Part shown: one piece after another, positions 31,543 through 41,376 of the stretch | Layout of the letters: every line of letters starts with the position of its first letter | How positions within the stretch are numbered: the stretch's first letter is position 1 | Assembly: GCA_963812155.1 (NCBI GenBank) | Contig: CAWETW010000001.1 | Location: 736,001 to 800,000 of the forward strand | Length of the DNA stretch: 64,000 nucleotides | Direction: 5' to 3' | Origin: Vulcanimicrobiota bacterium | Lineage (GTDB): Bacteria; Vulcanimicrobiota; Vulcanimicrobiia; Vulcanimicrobiales; Vulcanimicrobiaceae | Notes under the pieces: generated by a model | What the model saw: the letters and a program-made list of their open reading frames with translations, nothing else | The model's database searches: none | Told to the model about the DNA's origin: nothing | Program-made: the position numbers and the translations under genes

Positions 31543-32583
31543 TTGCACATCTATAAGAAGCGTTCTTTCGCTTGGGCGCCGGCGCTCGGCCCGGCGTTCC
31601 TTCTTCTCGCAGCCTGTTCCAATTCCGGATCCGCGCAGTTGCCGGCAACCGGTAACGCGGGCGGCATGCCGTCGCAATTCGTTTCGATGGACGATCGCGC
31701 GCCGGCCATGCGGCCGAATGCGACCGGGAAACTGGTTTTCGTCGATCCAATGGTGGTCGCGGCGCAGGTGTACGTCGCTTCGTACGACGCGTCGGGCTCG
31801 ACGCCGGTGGACGACTACCATGCCAACGACTCGAAGAACAACGGTCACTTCTGCCAGATTAAATCGGTCGGTGAGGGCATCAACGCCCTCGGCGTCGATG
31901 CATCCGACGAACTGTGGGTGCCGCAAGGTCTCGATCTCAAATCCGGCAAGGCCGACATCGTGTCGTACGCTCCGAACTGCGGCGCCGAAGGTACCACGCT
32001 CAGCGATGCTAAGGGCCAACCCGCCGGCATCGCATTCGCACCCGACGGAACGCGCTACGTCAACAACATCAACGGCCCGTCGAGTACGGCCGGCAACGTA
32101 GCTGTGTATCCGAAAGGCAAGACCAAGCCGACGCGCTTTCTTACCAACGCGCAGGTCTTCTACGCCAACGGAATCGGCGTCGATTCAAAAGGTAACGTCT
32201 ACCTTTCGTTTTTCTCGGCGGACAGCACGACCGGCGTGTTAAAGTTCAAAGGCGGTCAAATGCCGGGCACGCTGCTTGGGAAGATTAAAAACGGTGCACC
32301 GGGCGCGATCACGTTCGACAAGGCCGACAACCTCATCATTACCGACGATGCGGCGGTGACGCTCAACTTCTACGCGCCTCCGTACGACAAGGTGCCGAAA
32401 GTCTACCCGCTCCAGGGGCACTCGCCGCAGTGTTCGCTCAACCACGCGCAGACGAACTTAGCGTGCGGCGACAAGACCAATACCAGCGTCGACGTCTTCG
32501 CGTATCCGGCCGGAACCTATCTCTACAGCTTCAACAAAGGCCTGACGGCAACGGTCATCGGTACGGTTCAGGATCCTCCGTAA
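31543..32583 (+). CDS. Beta-propeller lipoprotein
   Basis: TTG start after GAGGAG; lipobox LAAC; GIAFAPDG, GIGVDSKGNVYL, ITFDKADNLI. Confidence 0.75.
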   Translation: MHIYKKRSFAWAPALGPAFLLLAACSNSGSAQLPATGNAGGMPSQFVSMDDRAPAMRPNATGKLVFVDPMVVAAQVYVASYDASGSTPVDDYHANDSKNNGHFCQIKSVGEGINALGVDASDELWVPQGLDLKSGKADIVSYAPNCGAEGTTLSDAKGQPAGIAFAPDGTRYVNNINGPSSTAGNVAVYPKGKTKPTRFLTNAQVFYANGIGVDSKGNVYLSFFSADSTTGVLKFKGGQMPGTLLGKIKNGAPGAITFDKADNLIITDDAAVTLNFYAPPYDKVPKVYPLQGHSPQCSLNHAQTNLACGDKTNTSVDVFAYPAGTYLYSFNKGLTATVIGTVQDPP

Positions 32584-32693
32584 CGGGAGAACGTCTCCCG
32601 ATCGCGTTCGTGGAAAGCAGCCCGAGCTTTATACTCGGGCTGCCCCGCTATGCTTCCACCCGGCGACGGACAGCGGGGCTGCGATCGTAAACG

Positions 32694-33014
32694 CTACTGC
32701 GGCGGCCGCTGGCGCTGGTCGTGGATGCGCTCACCCAGCCTACGCTCGTCGCGGTAGATGGCCTTACGCTGACCGTTGGTCATCGGCCCGTTGTTGTGGT
32801 GCCAATCGTGGCGCATCTGCCGGCGAATCCCGCGCCAGCGCACCATATCGGTTTTGAACTTCGTTTCGTTGATCGTACCGTTTTTGTAACCTTGGCGGAT
32901 GCGATGCAACTCGGTGTGAAGGCGTGCGGGCGCCGTCGGCTGAGCCGCGAGCGGAAGCGCGAGGCCGGCGAGCAACAGCGTTGCGGAGAGCGTGCTAAGA
33001 AGTCGGGTTACCAT
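32694..33014 (-). CDS. Small basic secreted hypothetical protein
   Basis: Signal peptide; RIRQG...G.I and helical His/Arg-rich segments. Confidence 0.6.
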   Translation of the reverse strand: MVTRLLSTLSATLLLAGLALPLAAQPTAPARLHTELHRIRQGYKNGTINETKFKTDMVRWRGIRRQMRHDWHHNNGPMTNGQRKAIYRDERRLGERIHDQRQRPPQ

Positions 33015-33203
33015 GGAATTCCTTTCGAGTTTGGCTTGATGTGAACACCGCAGGAATATTTGCCCGGCGGTTCGCGTTGGTTAAACTGCATGCGAGGGAC
33101 TCTCGGCAGATTTTAACTTTTTGCAGGCAAAACGCGACGCTCGCAATCCAGGGCTACAACGGGTAGCTCGCTTAAAAACGACCGTGCGGAAAACTGCACG
33201 TAC

Positions 33204-33229
33204 GGTTTGGGCGCGTTCTGGTTGGGGTA
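33204..33229 (+). promoter_or_regulatory. SigB/SigF-type stress promoter
   Basis: GGTTT-N16-GGGTA 11 nt upstream of a general stress protein ATG. Confidence 0.55.
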
Positions 33230-33240
33230 GCAGGTCGAGC

Positions 33241-33738
33241 ATGAATACAACAACTTCAGATTTTGAATCCGGCATTTACTACGATTCGGATGCGGCCGAC
33301 GCTCGCATTCGGCGGCTCCGGGACCTTGGTTATTCCGACAACGACATCAGCGTCATGATGCGCGACAAAGAGAAGGCGCAGGCGTTCGTCGCGAAAAGCG
33401 GCGGTCACGCCGCTGAGGGCGCGGTAACGGGCGGCGTCGTCGGCGGCGGCGTCGGCGCAATCGTGGCCGGTCTTATTGCGACGGGCAGCGTTACGGCGGT
33501 CGTCGGAACCGGCGGCGCGGCGCTTCCGCTCGTGGTTGGTCCGCTCGCAGCAGCTCTCGCCGGTCTCGGCGCCGGCGCGGCGACCGGAGGCATCGTCGGC
33601 GCACTCGTCGGCGCGGGCATTCCAAAGGACAAGGCCGTCATGTACGACGAGGGCCTCAATCGCGGAGGGATCGTCCTCGGCGTGAAGTCGCGGCCCGATA
33701 ACCGCGACGAAGTGCGTCGCGTGTTCGGCGACGAGTAA
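33241..33738 (+). CDS. General stress protein (YflT/17M-like, glycine-rich membrane segment)
   Basis: LRDLGYSDNDISV, GAVTGG..., GPLAAALAG, GALVGAGIP...Y.EGL.RGG. Confidence 0.8.
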   Translation: MNTTTSDFESGIYYDSDAADARIRRLRDLGYSDNDISVMMRDKEKAQAFVAKSGGHAAEGAVTGGVVGGGVGAIVAGLIATGSVTAVVGTGGAALPLVVGPLAAALAGLGAGAATGGIVGALVGAGIPKDKAVMYDEGLNRGGIVLGVKSRPDNRDEVRRVFGDE

Positions 33739-33763
33739 ATCTCAAGCTCAGCGACATTCTAAG

Positions 33764-33798
33764 GCGACCGCTTGGAGGATCAGGCGGTCGCTCTTTTT
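33764..33798 (+). terminator. Intrinsic terminator
   Basis: GCGACCGCTTG / CAGGCGGTCGC stem followed by TCTTTTT. Confidence 0.75.
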
Positions 33799-33807
33799 CA
33801 TTGAATC

Positions 33808-34194
33808 TTACGCGCCGGCGATGGACTCGCTGAAGACGATGTGGTTGTTGAACGGGTCGTACACGACCATCTCTCGCGTTCCCCACTCCTGCGTTTGAAT
33901 CGACGGATTGAAATACCGATACTTCTTGGCAACGAGTTCGCGATGGAATGCATCGATGCCCGACGTCTGAATGACGACGTTGGTACCGGGCGTACCATCA
34001 CCGTGATGCTCGCTGAGAAAAATGCGCACGCCGCTACGGGCTATGCCCATGAACAGCGGCGCGTCGTCGTGGAAGCGGTGCTCGAACTCCACGTGAAATC
34101 CGAGATAGTCGAGATAAAACTCTCGCGCTTTCAAAACGTCGAACATTCGCAAGATTGGAATCGTTCTTTCGAATACGATCGATTGATCCGACAC
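33808..34194 (-). CDS. VOC/glyoxalase superfamily (bleomycin resistance-like) protein
   Basis: IPILRMFD..KAREFY..LGF, LSEHHGDGTPG, WGTREM.VYDPFNN. Confidence 0.88.
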   Translation of the reverse strand: MSDQSIVFERTIPILRMFDVLKAREFYLDYLGFHVEFEHRFHDDAPLFMGIARSGVRIFLSEHHGDGTPGTNVVIQTSGIDAFHRELVAKKYRYFNPSIQTQEWGTREMVVYDPFNNHIVFSESIAGA

Positions 34195-34407
34195 GGCACT
34201 CCTTTTCGTCGATGCGGACCTCGGACTTGCGGAACCTACGCCCGCACCTTGCGCAAACCCGCTTCGGCGTTCGAACAAGCAAGCGGGGCCGCGCTCGATT
34301 TCAACGGTGCAGCCACTTATCCACAGTACCGTGTTTCGGCGCTAGTTCTGGGTACGACTTAAACCTCCAAGAATCGGCTTGGCGAAGGCGGCGGAAAAGG
34401 AGCAGAA

Positions 34408-34977
34408 ATGCGTACGACCCTCGTGATCTGCCTGGCGCTCACGCAAATGGCTGCTGCGACGGCATTCGCGGCGACGCAAGATCCCTATAGCGAGGTCAAC
34501 GCCATGCGCGTCGCGTTTTCGCAAGTGCGATCGGTTACGGCGACCGAGCGCTTCAGCAACGGCGACGTCGCCACCGTCCAATATAATCTTCCCGACCGCT
34601 TCCACATCACGACCGGACGATCGCAAATCATTCTCACCGGCGATACGGAGTACGTAAAGGGTGCCGCCGGTCGCTGGACGCCGTCTCCCGACGGAGGCGA
34701 ACATCAGGCGCTCCTGGCCGCCGCATGGCAGCTGGGCGGACCTCCGTCGATCGACGTGCGCGATCTATATACGGTGGTTGCGCTCGGGACGAAAACCATC
34801 GGCACGACGCTCGTTCGCGGCTTTCACCTCCACGACGCTTCGGGCGGGAACGACGAAACGGTCTGGATCGGCCTCGACAACCTTCCCGTCGCGGCACGCA
34901 TCGCAATGTCGGGCCAGACGATCGAAATTCACTATACGAATTACAACACGTCGGAACGCGTAGCCACGCCCCTGTAG
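34408..34977 (+). CDS. Hypothetical secreted protein
   Basis: AAGGAG RBS, signal peptide, beta-rich body. Confidence 0.6.
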   Translation: MRTTLVICLALTQMAAATAFAATQDPYSEVNAMRVAFSQVRSVTATERFSNGDVATVQYNLPDRFHITTGRSQIILTGDTEYVKGAAGRWTPSPDGGEHQALLAAAWQLGGPPSIDVRDLYTVVALGTKTIGTTLVRGFHLHDASGGNDETVWIGLDNLPVAARIAMSGQTIEIHYTNYNTSERVATPL

Positions 34978-35007
34978 GTTCCGGCGGCGCGACGGCACCG
35001 TCGCTGG

Positions 35008-36436
35008 CTACTGCGTGCAGCAGCAAGGGTATCTTCCACCGGCCGTTTTCAATAATGACGAGAACCGGTGAACCGTTGTGCTCGGCGTCTCGGCGACACG
35101 ATTGCAGGAGTTGCGTGCATGCGGTTGCAAGCGCGCCGACTGGGTTTGGCTTTGAGTGGCGTCGGGCTGATGTTTTCGATGCCCGTCTGCTTTCGGGAAG
35201 CGGCGAGGGAGTCGCTGTTGCCGATCGAGTCCCGTAACGGCCACTTCGATAAGATCCGTAAGGCCCGACTGTGCACGGTTACGGTCTCCTTCCGACGGCC
35301 TTGAGTCGCGAAGGACCAGATGACTCGCTTCGCCGAATCCGCCAGCGGTTCCAGGTTAACGTCCCATCGCCGACTAGTACGCGTTGCGGTACGTAGGCGA
35401 TGCTTTACGGTCACGGCACCCGAAGGAATGGCAGCGATTATGCGATTAGCGACCGATGGCGGTGACAGCGTTTGCGTTCGTCCAACCCAACGGACTCGCG
35501 ACCCATCGCCGAAGGCCAAATACCGTGCGGCAGCTCCCCCGTCGGCATCGACGCCACGGCGGTCCATATTCGGCGTCGTCGTGCAGACCTTGACGACGTT
35601 CAGGCCACGACGGTTACGTATGCGAACTGCCCCTTTCGTTTCGAACGATGTTCACGTGGTTGGTAATCGGGCCCGTGTCGAGAACGGATAGGACGCGAAA
35701 CGGCGGATTGGCCTCAAACACCTCAACGCGGCCGGTGTCCTTGAGCGTTTCCCACACCTGTGTTTGATCGGGCGTTACGGCGATGTTCGGACAGAAGAGG
35801 CGATACTTGTTGCACGCGGCCAACGATCGCGTGCCGTGTGGCGGTACTATCAGGTCGCGGCGTAAAACTCGAACAGACGTATCCGGAGCGGCCGTCAGGC
35901 GGAAAAGATCGTCATAGCGGGTCGAGGAACCGTTATTCGGCGGACCTCGGATAGGTTTTCGTATCGATGACGCTCAGTAATTCTCGGACGAATCGTGACG
36001 CGCATCAGCTCGCGGTTGTCCGGTGTGAAGAACGGCTCGTGAGGGGCTCGCCCAACATACGTCGCATGCTTTATGGCATTCGACGCAGTGTTATTAAGAG
36101 TCGGACTTCGCCGGCAAGGAGACGCGTACCAGCGTCTTATGGTCGGGCGAAAAACCCATACCGTGAACGGGTGTTGGCCCGTGTAAAGCGGGCTTAACGT
36201 ACCGGAGTTCGGGGCAGAGCCGAACGACGTACGGAGCAGCCGACGTCTGCGGATTGGCGAAGACACGGTGTTCGAGCGTCTGATCCGACGTGACCCGTCG
36301 CGAGCACTGATCGACGATGTCCGGTGAGCTTGTCGCCCCGGGCAGCGCGGCACCGCCGGCGGCGGATGCCGCGTCGAAGCAAGCGCGATGGCCAGGCCGG
36401 CGAGGGCCGGCGGGCCGCTAAGAGGCAAATGCGCAT
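35008..36436 (-). pseudogene. Heavily degraded YncE/YVTN beta-propeller gene
   Basis: Fragments SNTVS, LSPLYTGQ, YVGRAPHEPFFTPD, FCPNIAVTPD..QVW.TLKDTG and LDTGPITNHVN are spread over several frames. Confidence 0.75.
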
Positions 36437-36474
36437 GGATCGAACCTCCGTCTACAGCCATCGCTCGCATTCGG

Positions 36475-37798
36475 TCATTTGCGCAGCGGCGCAAAGGCGG
36501 CGCGAATCTCTTCTGAAAAGATTTGCGGTTGCTCCCACGCGGCATAGTGACCGCCCGCGGACGCCTTGTGAAAATAGATGAGGTTGTGAAATGCGAGTTC
36601 CGTCCAACTGCGCGGTGCTTCGTAGATTTCGTCAGGAAATACGGTTGCGGCAGCGGGAATTGCGACGTTCGCTGCATTTATTGGGCTAACCTTATTCTCC
36701 CAATACGAGCGCGCTGCCGAAATCGCCGTGCTCGTTACCCAGTACAGCGTGATGTTGTCGAGAACATCGTCGCGCGTTAGGTCGCCGGCGCTATGTCCGT
36801 TGATGGTGCGTCCAGCCACCGCGGAGACTACCGCTGCGGCAGGCTGTCCGTTGCCATCGCCGTGATCCAAAAGCCACGCGGCTAGCCCCACAGGGGAATC
36901 GACCAAGCCATAGAGCGTTTGGGGCCGGGTGCGCATGAACGCCGCATAGGCAAATTGCTTCCCATACAGCAGCTGTAACTGCTCGTACGCGTGCTTCTCA
37001 TCACCGGAAAGGCCTTGCCGGCGCCGGATTACCGCAGCTCAGCGACTTTGCAATCGCCGGTGGAACCGACGCCGGCAAACTGGTGTGCATGCCCAGCAAC
37101 TCCGGCGGGGCCTCTTCAGCCATTAGCGTCGTAACGACCGAGCCGAGATCGCCGCCTTGCGCGACGAATTTCGTGTAACCAAGACGCTTCATCAACACGA
37201 CCCAAGCGCGCGCCGTGTGCGCGGTGTCCCAACCGGTTACGGCCGGCTTCGCCGAAAATCCATAGCCGGGTATCGATGGAATCACTACGTCGAAAGCGTC
37301 GGCGGCGCTCCCGCCATGCGCCGTGGGATGGGTCAAGGGTTCGACGATCTTCAGCTGCTCGATAATCGACCCGGGCCAGCCGTGCGTAACGATCAGCGGC
37401 AGCGCATTCTCATGCTTTGATTTAACGTGAATGAAGTGAATGTCGAGCCCATCGATGTTGGTGACGAACTGCGGCAGTGCATTCAGTTTGGCCTCACACT
37501 TTCGCCAGTCGTAATCCGTTGCCCAATAGCCGGCAACGCCTTGCATCAGCGCGAGCGGCACACCTTGTGAGTCATCGGTAACGGTCTCTCGGTCGGGCCA
37601 AATCGTCGCGCCGATGCGCCTTCGCATCTCCGTCAGCGTCGCTTCCGGAATACTGACTTGAAACGTCCGAACGGCCGTACTGCTTTGCGTTCCGGACAGC
37701 GTTTGTGCCCCGGCGAAACGGAACGCCCCAAGTTGGGCGGCCGTGATGCCCATCGCAGCGCTGCTCAAGAAGGCACGGCGATCGATACTGTCTCTCAT
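36475..37798 (-). CDS. Epoxide hydrolase (EHN domain) with Tat signal; +1 frameshift at ~37015
   Basis: DRRAFL; YDWRKCEAKLN, THGWPGS, PSIPGYGFS, QGGDLG, RPQTL.YGL.DSPVGLAAW, GGHYAAWEQP. Confidence 0.88.
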
Positions 37799-37832
37799 GT
37801 TGTTCCCTCACGTTTCCGTCGCTGCGCCGGTT

Positions 37833-38117
37833 TCACAGCAGCTCGACCTTTTCAACAACGCGCTCAGTTGCCAGGACGCGTATTCGGCCAACGACGAGGC
37901 GCGCGAAGTGTTCCGTTTGCGTATGTGCTTGGAGGCCTTCGGCGTCGCGGTAGACTTCCCAGAGCGCGAAAACGCCTGGCTTGTCGCGGCTACGACCCAC
38001 GTCGAAGGATACGACGCCGGCCTCCTTGCGTGAAGCATCGCGTAGTTCGAGCAAGATCGATTCGACCTCGTCCGCGCTGCCCGGAGGAAACGTGAAGTGA
38101 ATGGACTGTACGATCAT
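37833..38117 (-). CDS. Antibiotic biosynthesis monooxygenase family (putative quinol monooxygenase)
   Basis: SRKEAGVVSF, FALWEVYRD...AH.QTEHF. Confidence 0.85.
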   Translation of the reverse strand: MIVQSIHFTFPPGSADEVESILLELRDASRKEAGVVSFDVGRSRDKPGVFALWEVYRDAEGLQAHTQTEHFARLVVGRIRVLATERVVEKVELL

Positions 38118-38186
38118 GTCCCTACTAGCCTCGGAAGTATCAAAAACTCCTGGCGACTAACCCAGTCGGGGTAGCGCATCAACATC

Positions 38187-38567
38187 TTAGGTTACAGAGC
38201 GCAGCATTGAGTCGACGGCGCGATCGATCGCTTCGATTCGAGCATCCATCCCAACGACGCCGTTGCGAGCTGCAATGTCCGACATTGGGACGTAGGCAAC
38301 GTTGACGGTTGACTCCTCTTCCCATACCAAAAGTTTGAGGGGAAGATCGAGTGCGACCTGCGGAAACGCGTCCATGAAAGGCGTTCCGCCTTTCGGATTT
38401 CCGAAAACAAGCAACGTCGTTGGACGTAACGACAATCCGGCGCTCTGCGCGGCGGCAGTCTGGTCTATTAAGGCGAAGATGGTATTGCCCGCCCCGGTAA
38501 TCGCTTCTTTAAGCGACCCGATCGTTTCGTCGTAGGTTAAGCTGCTGCGCGCTATCGTTGCGGCCAT
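38187..38567 (-). CDS. DUF302 domain protein
   Basis: FALID..AAA..GLSLRPT.LLVFGNPKGGTP.M...LDLPLK.LVWE. Confidence 0.9.
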   Translation of the reverse strand: MAATIARSSLTYDETIGSLKEAITGAGNTIFALIDQTAAAQSAGLSLRPTTLLVFGNPKGGTPFMDAFPQVALDLPLKLLVWEEESTVNVAYVPMSDIAARNGVVGMDARIEAIDRAVDSMLRSVT

Positions 38568-38755
38568 TGTGCCCCGGAACTTGACCTTGTTCTAGCTAAG
38601 GTGTGGCGCGGCCGGTGGCGGTCATGCACTCCGAATTATCGGATCGGACCGGATTTGTCTAGCCGTGGCCATAAGTCCCTTGCGCATACTGACGGATACG
38701 CGATCCGCCGTCATCAGAGGCAACGCCCCACTCAGCGCTTTAGCAAGGAGCGAGA

Positions 38756-39577
38756 ATGAACTACATCACCACCAAAGATGGTACGCAGATCTACTACAAG
38801 GACTGGGGAACGGGCCAACCGGTTGTCTTCAGCCATGGTTGGCCTCTCTCTTCCGATGCTTGGGAAGATCAAATGTTCTTCCTGACATCTCACGGCTTTC
38901 GTTGCATCGCGCACGACCGTCGCGGTCACGGACGATCTAGCCAGCCGTGGCAGGGCAACGACATCGAAACCTATGCCGACGATTTAGCGCAGCTGGTAGC
39001 GCATCTCGAGCTCAAGGATGCCATTCACGTCGGCCACTCGACCGGTGGGGGCGAAGTGACGCGTTACATCGGCAAATACGGAACCAAACGCGTTTCTAGA
39101 GCCGTACTCATCAGCGCCATCCCACCGGTCATGCTCAAGAGTGAAAAGAACCCCCTCGGTTTGCCTAGCGACGTGTTCGATGGACTCCGCAAAAGCGTCT
39201 TGACCGACCGCAGTCAGTTTTGGATAGATCTTTCACTGCCGTTTTACGGCTACAACCGTACCGGCGCAAAAATATCGGAGGGGGTACGGCAGTCGTTCTG
39301 GCTGCAAAGCGCGATGTGCGGCATGCCGGGTTCCTATTTCTGCATCAAGGCGTTTTCGGAGACTGATTTGACGGAAGACCTCAAGAAGATCGACGTTCCG
39401 GTACTATTTCTGCACGGCGACGACGATCAAATCGTACCAATCGCCGACGCTGCCGAGCTGGCAGTGAAGCTGGTTAAGAACGGGACGCTCAAGATCTATC
39501 CGGGAGCTCCGCATGGCATGCCGACGACGCATAAGGATCAGGTAAACGCCGACCTTCTCGCCTTCATGGGCTCCTAA
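38756..39577 (+). CDS. Non-heme chloroperoxidase-like alpha/beta hydrolase
   Basis: [50 protein letters not shown]. Confidence 0.92.
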   Translation: MNYITTKDGTQIYYKDWGTGQPVVFSHGWPLSSDAWEDQMFFLTSHGFRCIAHDRRGHGRSSQPWQGNDIETYADDLAQLVAHLELKDAIHVGHSTGGGEVTRYIGKYGTKRVSRAVLISAIPPVMLKSEKNPLGLPSDVFDGLRKSVLTDRSQFWIDLSLPFYGYNRTGAKISEGVRQSFWLQSAMCGMPGSYFCIKAFSETDLTEDLKKIDVPVLFLHGDDDQIVPIADAAELAVKLVKNGTLKIYPGAPHGMPTTHKDQVNADLLAFMGS

Positions 39578-39637
39578 GCCCGTGTTCCCGTGACGACCCG
39601 AAACCCAGCTTCGTCGTGTCGGAGAGGCCCAACACAC

Positions 39638-39665
39638 GAAATCCCCCGCTTTCACGAGGGATTCC
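39638..39665 (-). terminator. Hairpin, probable terminator downstream of tRNA-Asn
   Basis: Minus strand reads AATCCCTCG-tgaaag-CGGGGGATT followed by TCGTGTGTT. Confidence 0.5.
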
Positions 39666-39676
39666 ATCGGTTCAAA

Positions 39677-39752
39677 TGGCTCCGGATGCTGGACTCGAAC
39701 CAGCGACCCGCTGATTAACAGTCAGCTGCTCTACCAACTGAGCTAATCCGGA
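39677..39752 (-). tRNA. tRNA-Asn (GTT)
   Basis: TCCGGATTAGCTCAGTTGGTAGAGCAGCTGACTGTTAATCAGCGGGTCGCTGGTTCGAGTCCAGCATCCGGAGCCA: 76 nt, cloverleaf, encoded CCA. Confidence 0.98.
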
Positions 39753-39842
39753 ACGAATGCCGACCCGCGGGATTCTACCGCGGGAAACGTACGGCCCGCA
39801 ACGTCTTGAGGCGATTTTGAGATTTATCTCTTAAGTTTTTAG

Positions 39843-39871
39843 TTGACAGCCGGTAGCGGCCGCGGTAGAGT
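39843..39871 (+). promoter_or_regulatory. Sigma70-type promoter
   Basis: TTGACA-N17-TAGAGT, flanked by the inverted repeat TTTAGTTGA / TCAACTAAA. Confidence 0.65.
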
Positions 39872-39912
39872 GGGCCTATCAACTAAATCTTTAGGAGTAC
39901 GGGAGGTCCCCG

Positions 39913-40104
39913 ATGATCCGCTCCACCCTCGCCCTCGTGTCCGCGGTCGTGATTTCCCTGGCCGGCTATGGTGCCTTAGGAATGGCGGCCCACACGACGC
40001 CCCGTCCGACCCTCAAAGTCATCGCGGTCGTCGTGGCTCACGCGAAGCACCATTCCGCGCTCTCGGCGCTGCGTCCGCAGCAACCGGCGGCCTCGGTTCA
40101 GTAA
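39913..40104 (+). CDS. Small exported hypothetical protein
   Basis: GGAGG RBS, upstream promoter, N-terminal hydrophobic helix. Confidence 0.6.
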   Translation: MIRSTLALVSAVVISLAGYGALGMAAHTTPRPTLKVIAVVVAHAKHHSALSALRPQQPAASVQ

Positions 40105-40116
40105 GGCCCGCCGGTC

Positions 40117-40719
40117 CTAGTAAGGGGCCGACGCCTGACGCCGTACGGTGACCGTCTGCGAGAGCTGGACGGTCGCCTGGGCCCCCGGCGAAATCGTGAA
40201 ATTCGACTTGCTGTTGGCGCCGAGCATCGCCCCGCCGACCAGGCCGATCGCACCGAAGCCGTTCGCGTGGAAGATCGTCTTACCGATGGCGTTGCCGACT
40301 AGCATGCCAGCGAGCGCGCCAAGCGCAGCCTTTCCGGCCGTTTGGCCCGTGCTCTTGTTTGCGGCGATGCTGGTCACGCTTCCGTAAATCGTCACGGTGC
40401 TGCCGCCGTACAGCCGCAGATACCGCGGCTGAATGACGATCTCGGGATTGCGCCCCTGTCCGGCGGGAACGACGCGCGTCACTTCACCGCCGATCGTCGC
40501 GCCTTGGAAGTTGGGATCGCCGCTGGGATACGGCGGCACGACCGTCATCGTAAACTGATCGCCGACATGCGCCGAGCCGCTTTCGAGAGTTTGATTCAGT
40601 CGCGCGTTCAGCACCGTTCCGTTGTACAGCGTGATGCTTTGTTCGGCCGGAGCGGCCAGCGTCGCAGCGGCGAACGCGGCGATTCCCGCGAGCAGCCCGA
40701 GCCTCGTTCCTATTTTCAT
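40117..40719 (-). CDS. Secreted protein with glycine-zipper motif (TrbI-like beta fold)
   Basis: Signal peptide; GTVLNARLNQTLES...VGDQF; GALAGMLVGNAIG. Confidence 0.6.
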   Translation of the reverse strand: MKIGTRLGLLAGIAAFAAATLAAPAEQSITLYNGTVLNARLNQTLESGSAHVGDQFTMTVVPPYPSGDPNFQGATIGGEVTRVVPAGQGRNPEIVIQPRYLRLYGGSTVTIYGSVTSIAANKSTGQTAGKAALGALAGMLVGNAIGKTIFHANGFGAIGLVGGAMLGANSKSNFTISPGAQATVQLSQTVTVRRQASAPY

Positions 40720-40769
40720 GTATCGTTTCCGTCCTCGTTACGCTTGCTGGTCGAGCGACGAGACGGGCG

Positions 40770-41369
40770 TTAGGGCGTCGTCAGGTTGCTCGTCAGTTGA
40801 ATAGTAACCGGGGCGCCCGGCGGAATAACGATATTCTCATTAGATTTTTGTGCGTACACGTAGCCGCTCGTATTGCCGGCAGGCGGTGGCGTCACGGAGG
40901 GGGCCGCATCCTTGCGAAACGTCATCTGCCACGCAATCGGACCGGGCGTTACTCTGCCGGTCGGCATTGGAGGCAGCGAAAACTTGACGGCTTCCTGGCG
41001 GTTCACCGCCGTATTCGTCTGCGTGACGTACTTGCTCACGACGAGGGCGTGGATTGCGGCACGCTTCCCATTGTGGAATTGAATGTAATCGAGGATGAAG
41101 CCGATACGCGCACGCGACAGGCCGCCGGTACCGGCGACGTCGGTAACGCGGCCGTGAATCGCGGCGCCTTCCAAACTGGGAAGCGTCGGATCGTCGATCC
41201 GCAGTTTGAAGTTGGTGCCGACCGTGACCGTACGCGAGTCGACGCCCTGTCCCAGCACGCAAAGGATCTTGGTACCGTTGGGAATCGTTGCGGCTTGCGC
41301 GACGGCCAGCGTAGCGACCAAGGCTACTGCCGCCGCCGCGGTCGCCCGCATCGTACGCGCATCGGTCAT
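40770..41369 (-). CDS. Secreted protein, probable paralog of the downstream gene
   Basis: Signal peptide; IPNGT...VDS...VG.NF, GA.I.G.VT.V, IPPGA.VTIQL. Confidence 0.6.
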   Translation of the reverse strand: MTDARTMRATAAAAVALVATLAVAQAATIPNGTKILCVLGQGVDSRTVTVGTNFKLRIDDPTLPSLEGAAIHGRVTDVAGTGGLSRARIGFILDYIQFHNGKRAAIHALVVSKYVTQTNTAVNRQEAVKFSLPPMPTGRVTPGPIAWQMTFRKDAAPSVTPPPAGNTSGYVYAQKSNENIVIPPGAPVTIQLTSNLTTP

Positions 41370-41376
41370 TTTCACG

